A stretch of 64,000 nt of DNA from a virus (taxonomy: Duplodnaviria; Caudoviricetes). The DNA lies in IMG/VR virus record IMGVR_UViG_3300031555_004728, positions 160,001-224,000 of that record; one strand, written 5' to 3'. The position numbers and the translations under genes are program-made. Within the stretch, counting starts at the first letter, position 1, and every line of letters starts with the position of its first letter. The notes below the pieces were generated by a model. The model worked only from the letters and a program-made list of their open reading frames with translations, searched no databases and was not told where the DNA came from. Shown one piece after another: positions 31,071-42,052 of this stretch.

Positions 31071-31143
31071 TTGTTAAGTAAGTTTTCTGTAATCTAAGGA
31101 AAATCTCGATAACTAGAGAAAGTTAACTTAACAAAATTGGTTC
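31062..31143 (-). repeat. 82-bp element, copy 6
   Basis: Reverse-complement copy; interior identical to copy 8. Confidence 0.96.
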
Positions 31144-31216
31144 AATTCCTACATTATCAATGATAATTTCTATCTAAAAACAATCTACTAATTAAGTAAA
31201 TAGGAGGATATAAATC

Positions 31217-31936
31217 ATGAATATGTCTTCATTAATATCAAGAATAAAAACTGAACTAGGTCTGTATTCTATAGCATTACCTCTTGACAATGTGGATGCT
31301 ACTATTGCAGAGGTTATAATTAATACAACACTTAGAACATATTCTCAATATTTTCCTCAATATGAAATAATAAGAAAATCTAGTGCTGAAATAGAAAGAT
31401 TATATAGAAATCTTGAGTATTGTGATATGACTCTTGAAGTACCTGATGGTAGTGAAATAGTATTTGTTGCTGATGTTTATTATGATGCATCTGATATAAA
31501 TGGTATTGGATATTATGGTGCTGGTATGCCTATATATTCACCAAATATGATTACTGATTTATTAACTGCTAATATAGGTGCTAATTTGACAAATATGATG
31601 TTTCCTAAATTAACATGGCATTTTCAATATCCTAATAAACTTAGAGTATATCATTTATATGGTGGAAATATATTTATCAAGTGTGCTAAATTACATGATA
31701 AATCATTAACATCAGTTCCTTTTTCACAAAAAGAAACATTTACGAATATTGCTATTTTAGATGTTAAGAAAGCAATGTATAATATAATCAAGCACTATAA
31801 TGAACTTGAAACTGCTCATGGAAGAATTAATTTGAAAATTGATGATTGGGCAGATTCATATAACGAGAGAAAAGAATTACTTAGAGAGTGGGATGATACA
31901 TTCCACTTAGAGCAGAAGTCAGTTTATTTTGCGTAA
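31217..31936 (+). CDS. Putative virion structural (neck/head-completion-like) protein
   Basis: 239 aa, GGAGG RBS, late-type promoter at 31179-31190; function inferred only. Confidence 0.5.
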   Translation: MNMSSLISRIKTELGLYSIALPLDNVDATIAEVIINTTLRTYSQYFPQYEIIRKSSAEIERLYRNLEYCDMTLEVPDGSEIVFVADVYYDASDINGIGYYGAGMPIYSPNMITDLLTANIGANLTNMMFPKLTWHFQYPNKLRVYHLYGGNIFIKCAKLHDKSLTSVPFSQKETFTNIAILDVKKAMYNIIKHYNELETAHGRINLKIDDWADSYNERKELLREWDDTFHLEQKSVYFA

Positions 31937-31956
31937 AATATAATCCATTGGAATTT

Positions 31957-32427
31957 TTATTCCAATGGATTATTTATTTTATTGATATAATGGTTTAATT
32001 TTTGTTTTATAGAATCGGCATCTATATTTAACTTTCCAAAGAATACATATACAATATTTTCACCATTTTCATCTTTTTCAGGTATTTTAAATAAAACTGT
32101 ATTGTCTTTAAAATATGCTTGAATGAATAATAATAATATAGAAAAATTCATAGGTTTTCTATTTAAATTAAATATTTTTTTACACTCTTCATTATTCATT
32201 TCATTTACAAATAAACCTATAATAATAAAATCTAAATATGATATATCAAATACAGGTCTAATATTTCTATCTCCATGTACAGAATCAATTTTGTATTCAT
32301 CCATATAACTATGTGTAAAGTTTTCTTCTTGCATTATAAATTTTCTTTGATGTTCAACTAAAGGAACTATTCTTTTACGCAAAACATATTCAATTAAAGG
32401 TACATATCTATCATCATTATAATTCAT
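31957..32427 (-). CDS. Hypothetical protein
   Basis: 156-aa ORF, GAGG RBS. Confidence 0.65.
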   Translation of the reverse strand: MNYNDDRYVPLIEYVLRKRIVPLVEHQRKFIMQEENFTHSYMDEYKIDSVHGDRNIRPVFDISYLDFIIIGLFVNEMNNEECKKIFNLNRKPMNFSILLLFIQAYFKDNTVLFKIPEKDENGENIVYVFFGKLNIDADSIKQKLNHYINKINNPLE

Positions 32428-32505
32428 AATTATAATTCCTCATTTCTAATATTTGAATTAACTAATAGTTAAAATATTAATTAAGTAATAAAAGGAGATT
32501 GAAAA

Positions 32506-32817
32506 ATGGCTTTTAATATTTATAAAAAAAGAAATGATAAAATGGAAATGGTTGCTGAAAATATAGATATTGAAGATTTGGAGTTTAAAGAACCAGAAGA
32601 ATTAAATACAGAAATGATTCTTACACTAGAAGAGTTTACATTATCTATGTATGCAAGACAAATGGCTATAGTTGATTTATTAATAAAGAAAGGTATTTTA
32701 ACGTCTGATGAAATAATAGAAAATACCGAAAACATAAAAAATAATGAGCCATTCAAATCTATGTTTGATGATTTTTTGGCTAAAAAAGAAGCTTTATTAG
32801 AAAACTTGGAGGAATAA
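32506..32817 (+). CDS. Hypothetical protein
   Basis: 103 aa, AGGAG RBS. Confidence 0.7.
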   Translation: MAFNIYKKRNDKMEMVAENIDIEDLEFKEPEELNTEMILTLEEFTLSMYARQMAIVDLLIKKGILTSDEIIENTENIKNNEPFKSMFDDFLAKKEALLENLEE

Positions 32818-32820
32818 TTT

Positions 32821-33273
32821 ATGTCATATGATTCAACACAAGATGTATTAGTACATAAGAAAAATGTATGTAGAGTAGTTGATACTCTTATTGATGATTT
32901 AGAAGTTAGAAAAGTACAGCATGATGCTAGTAAATTTGAATATCCTGAAAAGCAAGGATATGATGAATATATTCCTAAATTAAAAGAGACACCTTATGGT
33001 TCTCCTGAATATAAAAAAGTTAGGGAAGAGATGATGAATGGATGTTTAAAACATCATTTTGAATGTAATAGACATCATCCAGAACATTTTGAAAATGGAA
33101 TCGAAGACTATACGTTAGTTGATTTAATGGAATATTTTTCTGATACATATGCAGCATCAATGACATCTGATACTGGATATGAAGAAGGACTAAAATTCAA
33201 TGCTAAAAAGCATAATTTACCAGATGTTTTAGTAAAAATTTTCTTAAATACTGTAAGGGAGTATTTTGAATAG
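32821..33273 (+). CDS. DUF5662-like HD-related protein
   Basis: H...V, HDASK, HH...NRHHPEH, DL.EY..D motifs. Confidence 0.7.
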   Translation: MSYDSTQDVLVHKKNVCRVVDTLIDDLEVRKVQHDASKFEYPEKQGYDEYIPKLKETPYGSPEYKKVREEMMNGCLKHHFECNRHHPEHFENGIEDYTLVDLMEYFSDTYAASMTSDTGYEEGLKFNAKKHNLPDVLVKIFLNTVREYFE

Positions 33274-33346
33274 AAAGATACGAGTACTTTTTTTGTACTC
33301 GTATCTTTATTTTTATTTAAATATTATTTAGCAGGAGAGGGGGCGG

Positions 33347-33428
33347 GAACCAATTTTGTTAAGTTAACTTTCTCTAGTTATCGATAATTTACGAAGAATA
33401 CAGAAATCTTACTTAACAAAACTGCAAC
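33347..33428 (+). repeat. 82-bp element, copy 7
   Basis: Same arms and length. Confidence 0.96.
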
Positions 33429-33824
33429 CAAATAACATGCCAGATATATCATTATTCTGTTGATGGTAATAATCCTTTAGGTATACCTTGGGGTTGTTTT
33501 ATATATAAATATTCCAATGGATTAATGATGATATCTGCTTGGCAAACAGTTAGTGATATTCCTGTATCATCATCATGGGGATCTTTATATTCATCTGCCA
33601 GAATTGGTGGGATTGCATACGGATATCAATCTAATACATGGGTACCAGTAACATTTAAAAATGTATTTTTTGAAATTGCATGGTCAAACCACCCGAACCT
33701 ATTAACATTGGGAGGTGGAGGATTTTATCATGAACAAACACAAGATATATATCTTGTATCTGCTGTAAATATTCCAGATGTTGATGCTACTATATATTAT
33801 CATACAGTAGGTATATGGAAATAA
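33420..33824 (+). other. Silent tail-fibre tip cassette 7
   Basis: NCNQITCQ...YKYSNGLM...WGSLY...VGIWK*; fibre C-terminal pattern. Confidence 0.85.
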
Positions 33825-33911
33825 AAATATTGAAAATATCACTAATAAATTAATTAAGATTTATAGACTAAAATAAATATGAGATACAGAAAAATCTGTA
33901 TCTCATATTTC

Positions 33912-34595
33912 TTAAGCTGTATGAATATCTACCATATTTAATAAGATATTTCTCTCTTCTGTTGTAATATCTCCTTGATAACATGACTCATAAACTAAAA
34001 GTTTAATCTCATCAAGTTTATCATCTGTAGATTCTTTGGTCATTCTAGTTCTTCTACTCATTGAAATATCAGCATCATCGATTTTATCAATCATTTTATC
34101 GATTTTAACTTTTGCTGATTTTGGAAGGTTCTTTGTATTAACATTTGATAATGATTTTTTGATTTGGATAAGTTTATCATGAACATCACTATCAGCGTTT
34201 GTTCTAAAATATACAAGAACTGGTGTTAATAAAGTATCTAATGTCATTATTACACCAAATGTTAATGCTCCTGGTATAGATACACCCGTTAATCCAATAA
34301 ATCCAATAAATTCAATAGTAATTCTAATTAAGAATCCTACATCAGTTTTACGCAACTTATCAGGTTCTTTTTCAAGAATATCAGATGCTTTAATAATGTC
34401 ATCATAATTCTTATCTACAAATTCAATAACTTCTTTATCATCTGAGTATTGAGATGGTTTATTATCACGGATATTCTTAATAATTTTCTTAAATTTACCA
34501 AGAGGATTTATAATACTTTCAGTAAAAAACTCTTCTTCTATCTTATTAAAGCTGTATTCCATGACCTCTTCAAATAATACATTATATGCACTCAT
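33912..34595 (-). CDS. Putative internal head protein (paralogous motif family)
   Basis: C-terminal EIKLLVYESCYQGDITTEERNILLNMVDIHTA. Confidence 0.6.
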   Translation of the reverse strand: MSAYNVLFEEVMEYSFNKIEEEFFTESIINPLGKFKKIIKNIRDNKPSQYSDDKEVIEFVDKNYDDIIKASDILEKEPDKLRKTDVGFLIRITIEFIGFIGLTGVSIPGALTFGVIMTLDTLLTPVLVYFRTNADSDVHDKLIQIKKSLSNVNTKNLPKSAKVKIDKMIDKIDDADISMSRRTRMTKESTDDKLDEIKLLVYESCYQGDITTEERNILLNMVDIHTA

Positions 34596-34755
34596 GTAAA
34601 ATACCTCATTTCTATTATAATTAAAATATTGTAGTTTATTTTTACATGAATTAAATATTTTAAATAAATATAAATAGTATTTATTTATACTTATTATATT
34701 ATAAAATAAAATATATTAAATACCTATTCTAGATAAATAATTCCTTATTTTCATT

Positions 34756-35094
34756 TTAAAATCCTATTACTAAATAACTGATTTTATATGTACTATCTTC
34801 TGAAAGTGATCCATTAAAATTCCATCCTTTAATATTAACCTTAGTTCTCTCTATAGTACCAACACCCACATTTATAATTGTATCAATATACTCATTTCCT
34901 GCATTTTTTGTAACACTAACAAATGGCTCTTGTGTATAACTAACAGGATATGTCAACTGTCCTTGAAGTATCCACTCTGATATTGGGACAATATCAATAT
35001 ATCCAAAACATATTTTAAGACCATTTTCAAATATTAAATATCCTGATGTTCCATCTTCAAGTTGTTTTCTATATTCTATAAGTCGATTGCAGTT
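34756..35094 (-). other. Silent tail-fibre tip cassette 8 (gp53-like)
   Basis: NCNRLIEY...SGYLIFENGLKICFG...TYPVSY...YLVIGF*; core variant AACTGCAAT is synonymous. Confidence 0.87.
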
Positions 35095-35167
35095 TTGTTA
35101 AGTAAGTTTTCTGTAATCTAAGGAAAATCTCGATAACTAGAGAAAGTTAACTTAACAAAATTGGTTC
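35086..35167 (-). repeat. 82-bp element, copy 8
   Basis: Reverse-complement copy. Confidence 0.96.
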
Positions 35168-35257
35168 CACTTCCTTATTATTTTCTTTTAATTATTTATA
35201 TAAATAAAACATAATTATAATACATATGTTAAAACTTAATACAAAAATAAATATGAG

Positions 35258-35947
35258 GTGATTACAATGGCAAATTATGAATTACTTCAAGAATCAGTAA
35301 GCGATTATATTTTTGATCAAACTGTTGGATTACTCGTTCAAGAAGGTGAAGATTTAAAAATTTCTAAAATTTTTACTGAAGCTAAAAAAGAATGGAAAAA
35401 ATCTACTAAAGAAATTAGAAAAGCTTGGTCAAATAAAGAGTATGACAAGGCTGCTGAAGAGTGTGATAAACTTATTAAATATCTTAATGATATGGAAGCA
35501 GAAGTTAATGATATTAAAGATGATGCATGGACTATTGTTGGTGGTGTATTATCACAAGGATTACTTACAGTTTTCAAAGCTTTCTTAATTTCAATTCCTA
35601 CATTTGGAATTGGTACTTTTATACCAGTTGTAAAAGATGTTCTTGATGTTGTAATCGGTGTTACAAAACAATGGAAAGAAGAAGGTGAATTTACACCAGA
35701 AATGATCAATACTAGAAGAGATAAGATCAAAGGTCTTTTTTCTGAAATGACACAAATGGTTAAAAACTATAAAAAGAATATCGAAGCAGAAGCTAAAAAA
35801 GTAAAAGAAGAAGAAAAGAAAGAAGAAAAACCTGTTAAAGAATCTGCAACAGTAGAAGAAGTTAAACTTCATATCTTTGAATCTTGTCATGCAGGAGAAA
35901 TTTCTCAAGAAGAAAGAAACGCATTACTTGCAATTCTTGAAAAATAA
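35258..35947 (+). CDS. Putative internal head protein (paralogous motif family)
   Basis: C-terminal EVKLHIFESCHAGEISQEERNALL; late-type promoter at 35208-35219. Confidence 0.6.
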   Translation: MITMANYELLQESVSDYIFDQTVGLLVQEGEDLKISKIFTEAKKEWKKSTKEIRKAWSNKEYDKAAEECDKLIKYLNDMEAEVNDIKDDAWTIVGGVLSQGLLTVFKAFLISIPTFGIGTFIPVVKDVLDVVIGVTKQWKEEGEFTPEMINTRRDKIKGLFSEMTQMVKNYKKNIEAEAKKVKEEEKKEEKPVKESATVEEVKLHIFESCHAGEISQEERNALLAILEK

Positions 35948-36012
35948 CATTTTTATATTTTTGTACAAAAATATAAATTCCCTAGACTATATCAAATAGT
36001 CTAGGGATTATT

Positions 36013-37287
36013 TTATTTTGTTTTATGAAGTCTTCTAAGTTCAATATATGCTAATATAGAGAAATCTCCATTACCTGTTGTATTTACAAATTTAAATACA
36101 GTTTTACTTAAAAAATAAGTTCCTTTATATTTATTAGTAAGTTTTTGGTCTTCAAAAACTAATGAAAATTTCTTATTTGGTGTTAAAGCGGATACATCAA
36201 CGTCACTAATCATACCTGATATAATTAATGAGTTTGATGATGTTTGAGCTGTAAATGTGGTATTAAGCCATTCATTTTCACCTTCATTTTCAATAATTGC
36301 TACATTAGCATCTCCATTAGTAATTGTATTACTAGTAGATTTACTTGTATTTCCAGTAGATGTGTTTATAACTAAAGCATCACTACCAGTTAAAACATCT
36401 CTAGTAACTGATTTATTACTAATTTTTATTTCATCATAATTCCAATTTATATAATGTCTATTATCATTACTTTCAATACTTCCTATACCTGAATTTTCTA
36501 CACTTGTTAATTTTGGTATATAAATACAAGTTTCAGTTTTCTCACCATTTTCAAATGCTGTACATCCACCTTTAAAATTCAAAATATAAGTTCTATCAAT
36601 ACCAAAAAATATAACAGAACCGTATTTATAAAAACCATACATTGCATCTAAATGTAATAGTTGTTTATTTATGGTTAGTGGTGGTAATAAAATTTCTTCA
36701 TAAGTTCTATTATTTTCTAATGGACTTACTAAAGCATTTTTAATCTTACTAATACCAAATAAATATCCTATTACACTAGATAATGTAACATTTTTAAGAA
36801 TATTATTTATTTGGGTTTTTACTCCTGTAGATGTTTCTTCCCTGTACAAGAATAACTCTAATGGATAATCATACATTTCAAGTTCATCATCTGAATTAGA
36901 TTTATTTATTTTTTCTTGTAAGTCTAAATCATCATCTCTTGATATGTCCATTGTATCATCTATTATTACAAAAGTATCATTTATAAAATCTTTATACATA
37001 GATTTTTTATTACTTCCATATAATTGATAGTATTTTTGTAATCTAAGTTTAATTTTCACTTCAGTTTTATTATTAAGTATTTTATAGTATGTACTGCTAT
37101 CTAAAACTAAATTTAATTTAAAAATAGGGAATGTGTTATTAAAATAATCATTCACTAATTCAATACCAGTAACACACATTTTATCTAATTGAATTGCTTC
37201 ATCATTGACTAAAATTATACATGAATATATAGAATATCTCCATGATTGTAATTTGGAAGAATCAAATAACGCCATGATTAAAGTCAC
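36013..37287 (-). CDS. Putative virion structural protein (baseplate-hub-like)
   Basis: 424 aa, beta-rich; C-terminal LTPNKKFSL...YKGTYFL resembles hub proteins (weak). Confidence 0.45.
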   Translation of the reverse strand: MTLIMALFDSSKLQSWRYSIYSCIILVNDEAIQLDKMCVTGIELVNDYFNNTFPIFKLNLVLDSSTYYKILNNKTEVKIKLRLQKYYQLYGSNKKSMYKDFINDTFVIIDDTMDISRDDDLDLQEKINKSNSDDELEMYDYPLELFLYREETSTGVKTQINNILKNVTLSSVIGYLFGISKIKNALVSPLENNRTYEEILLPPLTINKQLLHLDAMYGFYKYGSVIFFGIDRTYILNFKGGCTAFENGEKTETCIYIPKLTSVENSGIGSIESNDNRHYINWNYDEIKISNKSVTRDVLTGSDALVINTSTGNTSKSTSNTITNGDANVAIIENEGENEWLNTTFTAQTSSNSLIISGMISDVDVSALTPNKKFSLVFEDQKLTNKYKGTYFLSKTVFKFVNTTGNGDFSILAYIELRRLHKTK

Positions 37288-37336
37288 CTTCCTTTCAAAA
37301 AAATATCACTTAAGGTAATGTGCCTTAAGTGATATC

Positions 37337-38425
37337 TTAAATTGTAAGTTCTTCAAGCATAAATCTATGCTCATAAAATCTTGTTGAATTGAGTTGTAAT
37401 AAACCATTATGATCAAACCTATCTACTAACTGTGATTCAACAGAGTGAATTTGTTCTTTTGTAAGTTTACTATACATAGTTTCCATATCCAAACAATTAA
37501 AATTACATATTACATCTTCTTGTAGTTCTTCAGGAAAAATACTTGAAATAGTTTGGATATTAGTTGTATTTATAGTTATCTTATTTTCTCTTAATCCTTG
37601 ATTAAGAAGTTTTAATAAAGTTATATTTCCTATACCTGGTATTTTTTCAACTGCTCTATATTGCTCTCCAAGTACAGAAAATAATAACATATAAAATGAT
37701 TTATTACAATATAAATTTAGTTCTTCATTATAATCTCCATTTGGTTTATTCAATAATGATGATAAATGTCCTTTTAAATCTCCACTTGTTGTTGATTTTA
37801 TAGGACTACGTCTAAGATAGTGACAAATATAATTTGGTATTAACGAATACTGAGTATCTACGTATTCTCCAGTCACTAATAAATTTTTTCTACTTTTATC
37901 CAAATTACCAATTATAAGAGGAACTAAAGAACTATCAAAACCTTTAGTAGTTATAAAATAAACACCCTTAATATAATTACAAATTGCTTGTGTTTGAGGT
38001 ATTATGGTATTTTTAAATTTTTCTGACATCTCCATATATTTTGGATTCTTTGAATATTTAACTGTATAATATGACCTAAAATCAGGATTAATTTCCGTTT
38101 CGTTAAATTTATCTTCTGAATAATCTGTCATATATAGATACACTCTTGTATCTAGGTTGTTTCCTCTAAAAAACTTTCGATAATGTGCAGCTAGATTTAT
38201 AATATTAGATATAATATTTTCATTAAAATCTGTGCACGAATAAACTTTTCTGTCTACATCTTTTATATTAGATAATAATCTAAGTATAGATTCTAGATTA
38301 ATAAATACATTTACTTTATCAGTCGGTTGTAAAAAATTTAACTCGTCCAAACTTTGATCGTATGTTGCATATTTAATCTTCATCACATTAAAACAAACAG
38401 AAAAGGAATCAAATTCATTCATCAT
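37337..38425 (-). CDS. Divergent 5'-3' exonuclease/RNase H-like protein
   Basis: N-terminal VFINLES, LLVTGEYVD and HhH-like IPGIGNITLLKLL. Confidence 0.45.
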   Translation of the reverse strand: MMNEFDSFSVCFNVMKIKYATYDQSLDELNFLQPTDKVNVFINLESILRLLSNIKDVDRKVYSCTDFNENIISNIINLAAHYRKFFRGNNLDTRVYLYMTDYSEDKFNETEINPDFRSYYTVKYSKNPKYMEMSEKFKNTIIPQTQAICNYIKGVYFITTKGFDSSLVPLIIGNLDKSRKNLLVTGEYVDTQYSLIPNYICHYLRRSPIKSTTSGDLKGHLSSLLNKPNGDYNEELNLYCNKSFYMLLFSVLGEQYRAVEKIPGIGNITLLKLLNQGLRENKITINTTNIQTISSIFPEELQEDVICNFNCLDMETMYSKLTKEQIHSVESQLVDRFDHNGLLQLNSTRFYEHRFMLEELTI

Positions 38426-38529
38426 AATGATTACCGTTCCTTTTATAATATTATCAAAAAGTTTTAACGTTAGAAAAATAGTATGACAAGATCAATTTCA
38501 TGACCTTGTCATACCAATTATTTCATAAC

Positions 38530-39237
38530 TTATTTATTCACATGAGTTTGTTTTACAATTCTAAGAATGTCTGAAACATTGTCTTTCTTTTGTTTCTTCG
38601 GTTCTTTTGTAACGAAGTACTTGTAATTTTCATGTGAAATTCTTTCGACCTTTTCAATAACTGTAAAGTATCTTGGAACACCCTGTTTTGTAACATCGTC
38701 ATTACCAGTTTTAATCATATCACTGATGACTTTAATAGGGTCAATTAAGAAAACAACTGACTTACGAGAAGAGTCATTTGATTTCATAATCTTTGGTGAG
38801 CATAGACCTGCTATCTCACTAGCCATTCTTGATGTAAGTGACAGGTTCTTTTTAAGAAGTCCTGAATTTAAGAATGCTTTCTTATCATCTTTTGTATAGA
38901 TGAATGATAATAATGCATCCCAGATTGGCTTTTCAATTTTTGACACGTTATCATTACTTTCGTCTTTGAAAATGTCATAGATTCCTTGACCATTAGCACC
39001 TCTGCTCTTAATTGCTTCCTCTGGAAGAACGATCATCATAGGAACAAATTTCTTAGTCCAGTCAATTGACACAAGGCTAATTTGTACATCTGGTATATCA
39101 ATACCATTTTTACGTGCTGTACTTGTAAAAGTATTCAGTCTTTTTTGTAGAAAGTCTGCTACTTGAGATGTAGCAATTTCAAATTTTTCGACAGTTTCGA
39201 CAGGTTGAAGTCCTGCCCTGTTACCGTTATTGGACAT
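38530..39237 (-). CDS. Hypothetical protein
   Basis: 235 aa, GGAGG RBS. Confidence 0.75.
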   Translation of the reverse strand: MSNNGNRAGLQPVETVEKFEIATSQVADFLQKRLNTFTSTARKNGIDIPDVQISLVSIDWTKKFVPMMIVLPEEAIKSRGANGQGIYDIFKDESNDNVSKIEKPIWDALLSFIYTKDDKKAFLNSGLLKKNLSLTSRMASEIAGLCSPKIMKSNDSSRKSVVFLIDPIKVISDMIKTGNDDVTKQGVPRYFTVIEKVERISHENYKYFVTKEPKKQKKDNVSDILRIVKQTHVNK

Positions 39238-39369
39238 ATCTAAGTCCTCCTTTTATAAAATATTTTTTTATTGATAAATAGATTAAATCTATTATATCTA
39301 AATTAATAATATACTCTCAAAAGTATAAAATCAATTTTCTTAATTTGATGTTTCGTATCGTATTTATTT

Positions 39370-39834
39370 TTATACTGATGAAGCAAATCCTATTACACCT
39401 GTTAAAATAAACCAATTTAAAATTATTAGCAATATATGTGCAATCTGATCACCTAGTAGTGAAATCTTATATTGGTTTGCTTTCATATCATCAATTGCAT
39501 AATGAGAATATGTTGCTGCGAAAAGTAATAAAGCAGTAATCATTATTACATACCAATCATTCATACACACAGGATTTATTAAAAATCCGTAAACTATTAT
39601 AGGTATAAAAACCATAATAGAATTTTCTAATGAATGAAGAAACAATGCTACTTTATAATCACTTTGATAAAGTTCGTCTGGATAATTTTCTACCCACCAT
39701 GATTCTTGTTTCATATAACAGAATTTACCTTGTAATACGAAGTCATCGATGATATGCATCAATATCATCAAAAATAGTATATAAATACTGTCTGCTCTAA
39801 TCATATCATCTACCTCCTCACATAATAGAAACAA
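39370..39834 (-). CDS. DUF3307-like membrane protein
   Basis: HIIDDFVLQ, H..ID..K, DQIAH motifs; hydrophobic helices; start probably the second Met. Confidence 0.75.
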   Translation of the reverse strand: MFLLCEEVDDMIRADSIYILFLMILMHIIDDFVLQGKFCYMKQESWWVENYPDELYQSDYKVALFLHSLENSIMVFIPIIVYGFLINPVCMNDWYVIMITALLLFAATYSHYAIDDMKANQYKISLLGDQIAHILLIILNWFILTGVIGFASSV

Positions 39835-40216
39835 ATATTGGATATGTTAACCAACTAAGTAAACCTATCCATGTTGTAATTTTAAATTGTTCCTTAGTAT
39901 CACTTGTGTATCTTATAGTTTCAATAAATAAAGCTACATTGGTGAAAATGTAAATTAGTGTAACTATAATTGTGTATACATCCAAAACATTTTCTATTGT
40001 TGTTAAACAGAAGTATATAACAACTAATCCAAATGTAAATAATAACCATTCGATACTTGCTAATAAACAATCTCCAAATTTTTCAACTTTGCTTACTTTA
40101 TAAATATTAAAGTCTAATTCTCTAACTTTAGAAGTTGCAAAACTTGTCAAAATAATACATAAAGATAAAATTATGTATCCTGGAATATGTGGTATTAATA
40201 ATCTTATAACGTCCAT
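39818..40216 (-). CDS. Membrane protein
   Basis: About four hydrophobic segments. Confidence 0.65.
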   Translation of the reverse strand: MDVIRLLIPHIPGYIILSLCIILTSFATSKVRELDFNIYKVSKVEKFGDCLLASIEWLLFTFGLVVIYFCLTTIENVLDVYTIIVTLIYIFTNVALFIETIRYTSDTKEQFKITTWIGLLSWLTYPIFVSIM

Positions 40217-40602
40217 TATATAATCACTCCTATCTGTTTAAGACTTATAAATGTAATCGCCCATACTACAAATGATAATAAAAGTAATTTTTTATATCTT
40301 CGTTTAAAAGATATTTCTTGTATTATAAATACTCTATGAACTAAAAATACAATGCACCATAATATTAAATGCATAATTGTAAAATATGTTGATACAGAAG
40401 GTTTTATATATACAGCTTGTACAATTGATATCATAAAGCAACTTGATAATGTATATTTGATACTATATAAATTAAGTTTTAATCTAGTACCTTTATTAAT
40501 AGCAGTTTCAACATTAATTATTGATGCTAAATCCATCAGTATACTAATAAATATAAATCCACAAAGCCATAAAATACCTTCCATAAAATTTAATCTTACC
40601 AT
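40216..40602 (-). CDS. Membrane protein
   Basis: About four hydrophobic segments; GGAGG RBS. Confidence 0.65.
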   Translation of the reverse strand: MVRLNFMEGILWLCGFIFISILMDLASIINVETAINKGTRLKLNLYSIKYTLSSCFMISIVQAVYIKPSVSTYFTIMHLILWCIVFLVHRVFIIQEISFKRRYKKLLLLSFVVWAITFISLKQIGVII

Positions 40603-40843
40603 TTTTGACCTCCTTTACCATTTGTAGGTGGGAATAATTGTGATATAATAACAACTAACATCACAATCAAAAACCATGTTGAAGCTGTATTATTCATCAC
40701 ATTTATCTCCTTCATTTTCATCAGTATTTTTAGAATTGATTAATTCTAATTCGTATCTAATATCACCTAATTTATCATTTATTATATATAATATGAATAC
40801 TATTATTCCTAAACAAATATAAATTATTTCTTCATGTTCCATA

Positions 40844-42052
40844 TTAATCATTCATCTCCATTTCTATAAGTTTCATGACATCTGTATGTAAATACATATC
40901 TATTTGCTCCCCTCCTAATTCCTTTCCATTTAAATCTTTGATATATGTATTTAAAACTTCCCCAACAGATAGATTCTTATTGAGTATATAGTCATACTTA
41001 AATAATATATCTTTTAAAGCCGATTCGTCAGTTTGCTTTTTCTTTGATATATATCCATTTACAAAGTCACAATGAACTCCATTTAAATTTCTGAAATTCT
41101 CTCTCATAGTACTTATAAAAAATTCTGGATTTGGGTAATCTTCTGGTATATTGAAAATAAGTCTTGTACTTTTATTATCACTATTTTCAATTAAGTTTCT
41201 TAATGTCTTTAAATGATTTTCAAGCATTTCTTCTGATGAAAAAATTTCATGGTCGTATCCAAATATATGAGTTTTAAATTTTGGAGCATCATAATTCTCG
41301 TGAAATTCCGATGAATAATGAGGTTCATCTTCTAAATCACAAATTATTTCATAATATCCCTTTGGTTCTTCTTCACCATGTATCCAACGAGTAAAACTTC
41401 CAACATAATGGACATAATCTTGAATTACTGTATGTACATGGTAATGACCGAAATAAACTTCACCTTTACAGCATTTCTTAAAATCTGCTGTAGTAAATAC
41501 AGCTGGTTTAAGTCTACTATCTTTATCTTTTTTATTTTCTCTTTTAATCATAGTCATTGCTTCAGCAATTACACCATGACCAAATATATAATCATATTTT
41601 TTCTTTTGACTGAAGAACTCTTTATAGTATTCATCTTTATCTTTAATATACTCTTCAGGAAGATACAAAACTTGCATTCCTGGAAGTAGTTCTTCTTCGC
41701 AAACGGTTTTAATAATTTTAAAATCTAAACCTTTCATATTTTCATAAATAGAAAATATATGGTACTGATCTACTTCATGTGATTCTGTACCATAAACAAT
41801 TCGTATACATTTTGTATATTGGGTTAATTTATTCATAAGCCATAATCCTGCATCACTAGCACGATTGTTTAAGAATATTTTCTTATCCCAATAATCACCA
41901 TCTATAATTATAAAGTCAAAATAATATCTAGTGTCCAAAAGATTAAATAGATTAGTTCTAAGCTCTTGTTTCATTTCATCAACATCTGTTGCTCCGAAAT
42001 GTATGTCCGCTAGAACTAATCCTCTATATTTTTTACTCATAACACTATCCAT
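40844..42052 (-). CDS. SbcD/Mre11-like metallophosphoesterase nuclease
   Basis: ADIHFG, GDYWD, GTESHE, GHG, GHYH, YVGS motifs. Confidence 0.85.
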   Translation of the reverse strand: MDSVMSKKYRGLVLADIHFGATDVDEMKQELRTNLFNLLDTRYYFDFIIIDGDYWDKKIFLNNRASDAGLWLMNKLTQYTKCIRIVYGTESHEVDQYHIFSIYENMKGLDFKIIKTVCEEELLPGMQVLYLPEEYIKDKDEYYKEFFSQKKKYDYIFGHGVIAEAMTMIKRENKKDKDSRLKPAVFTTADFKKCCKGEVYFGHYHVHTVIQDYVHYVGSFTRWIHGEEEPKGYYEIICDLEDEPHYSSEFHENYDAPKFKTHIFGYDHEIFSSEEMLENHLKTLRNLIENSDNKSTRLIFNIPEDYPNPEFFISTMRENFRNLNGVHCDFVNGYISKKKQTDESALKDILFKYDYILNKNLSVGEVLNTYIKDLNGKELGGEQIDMYLHTDVMKLIEMEMND

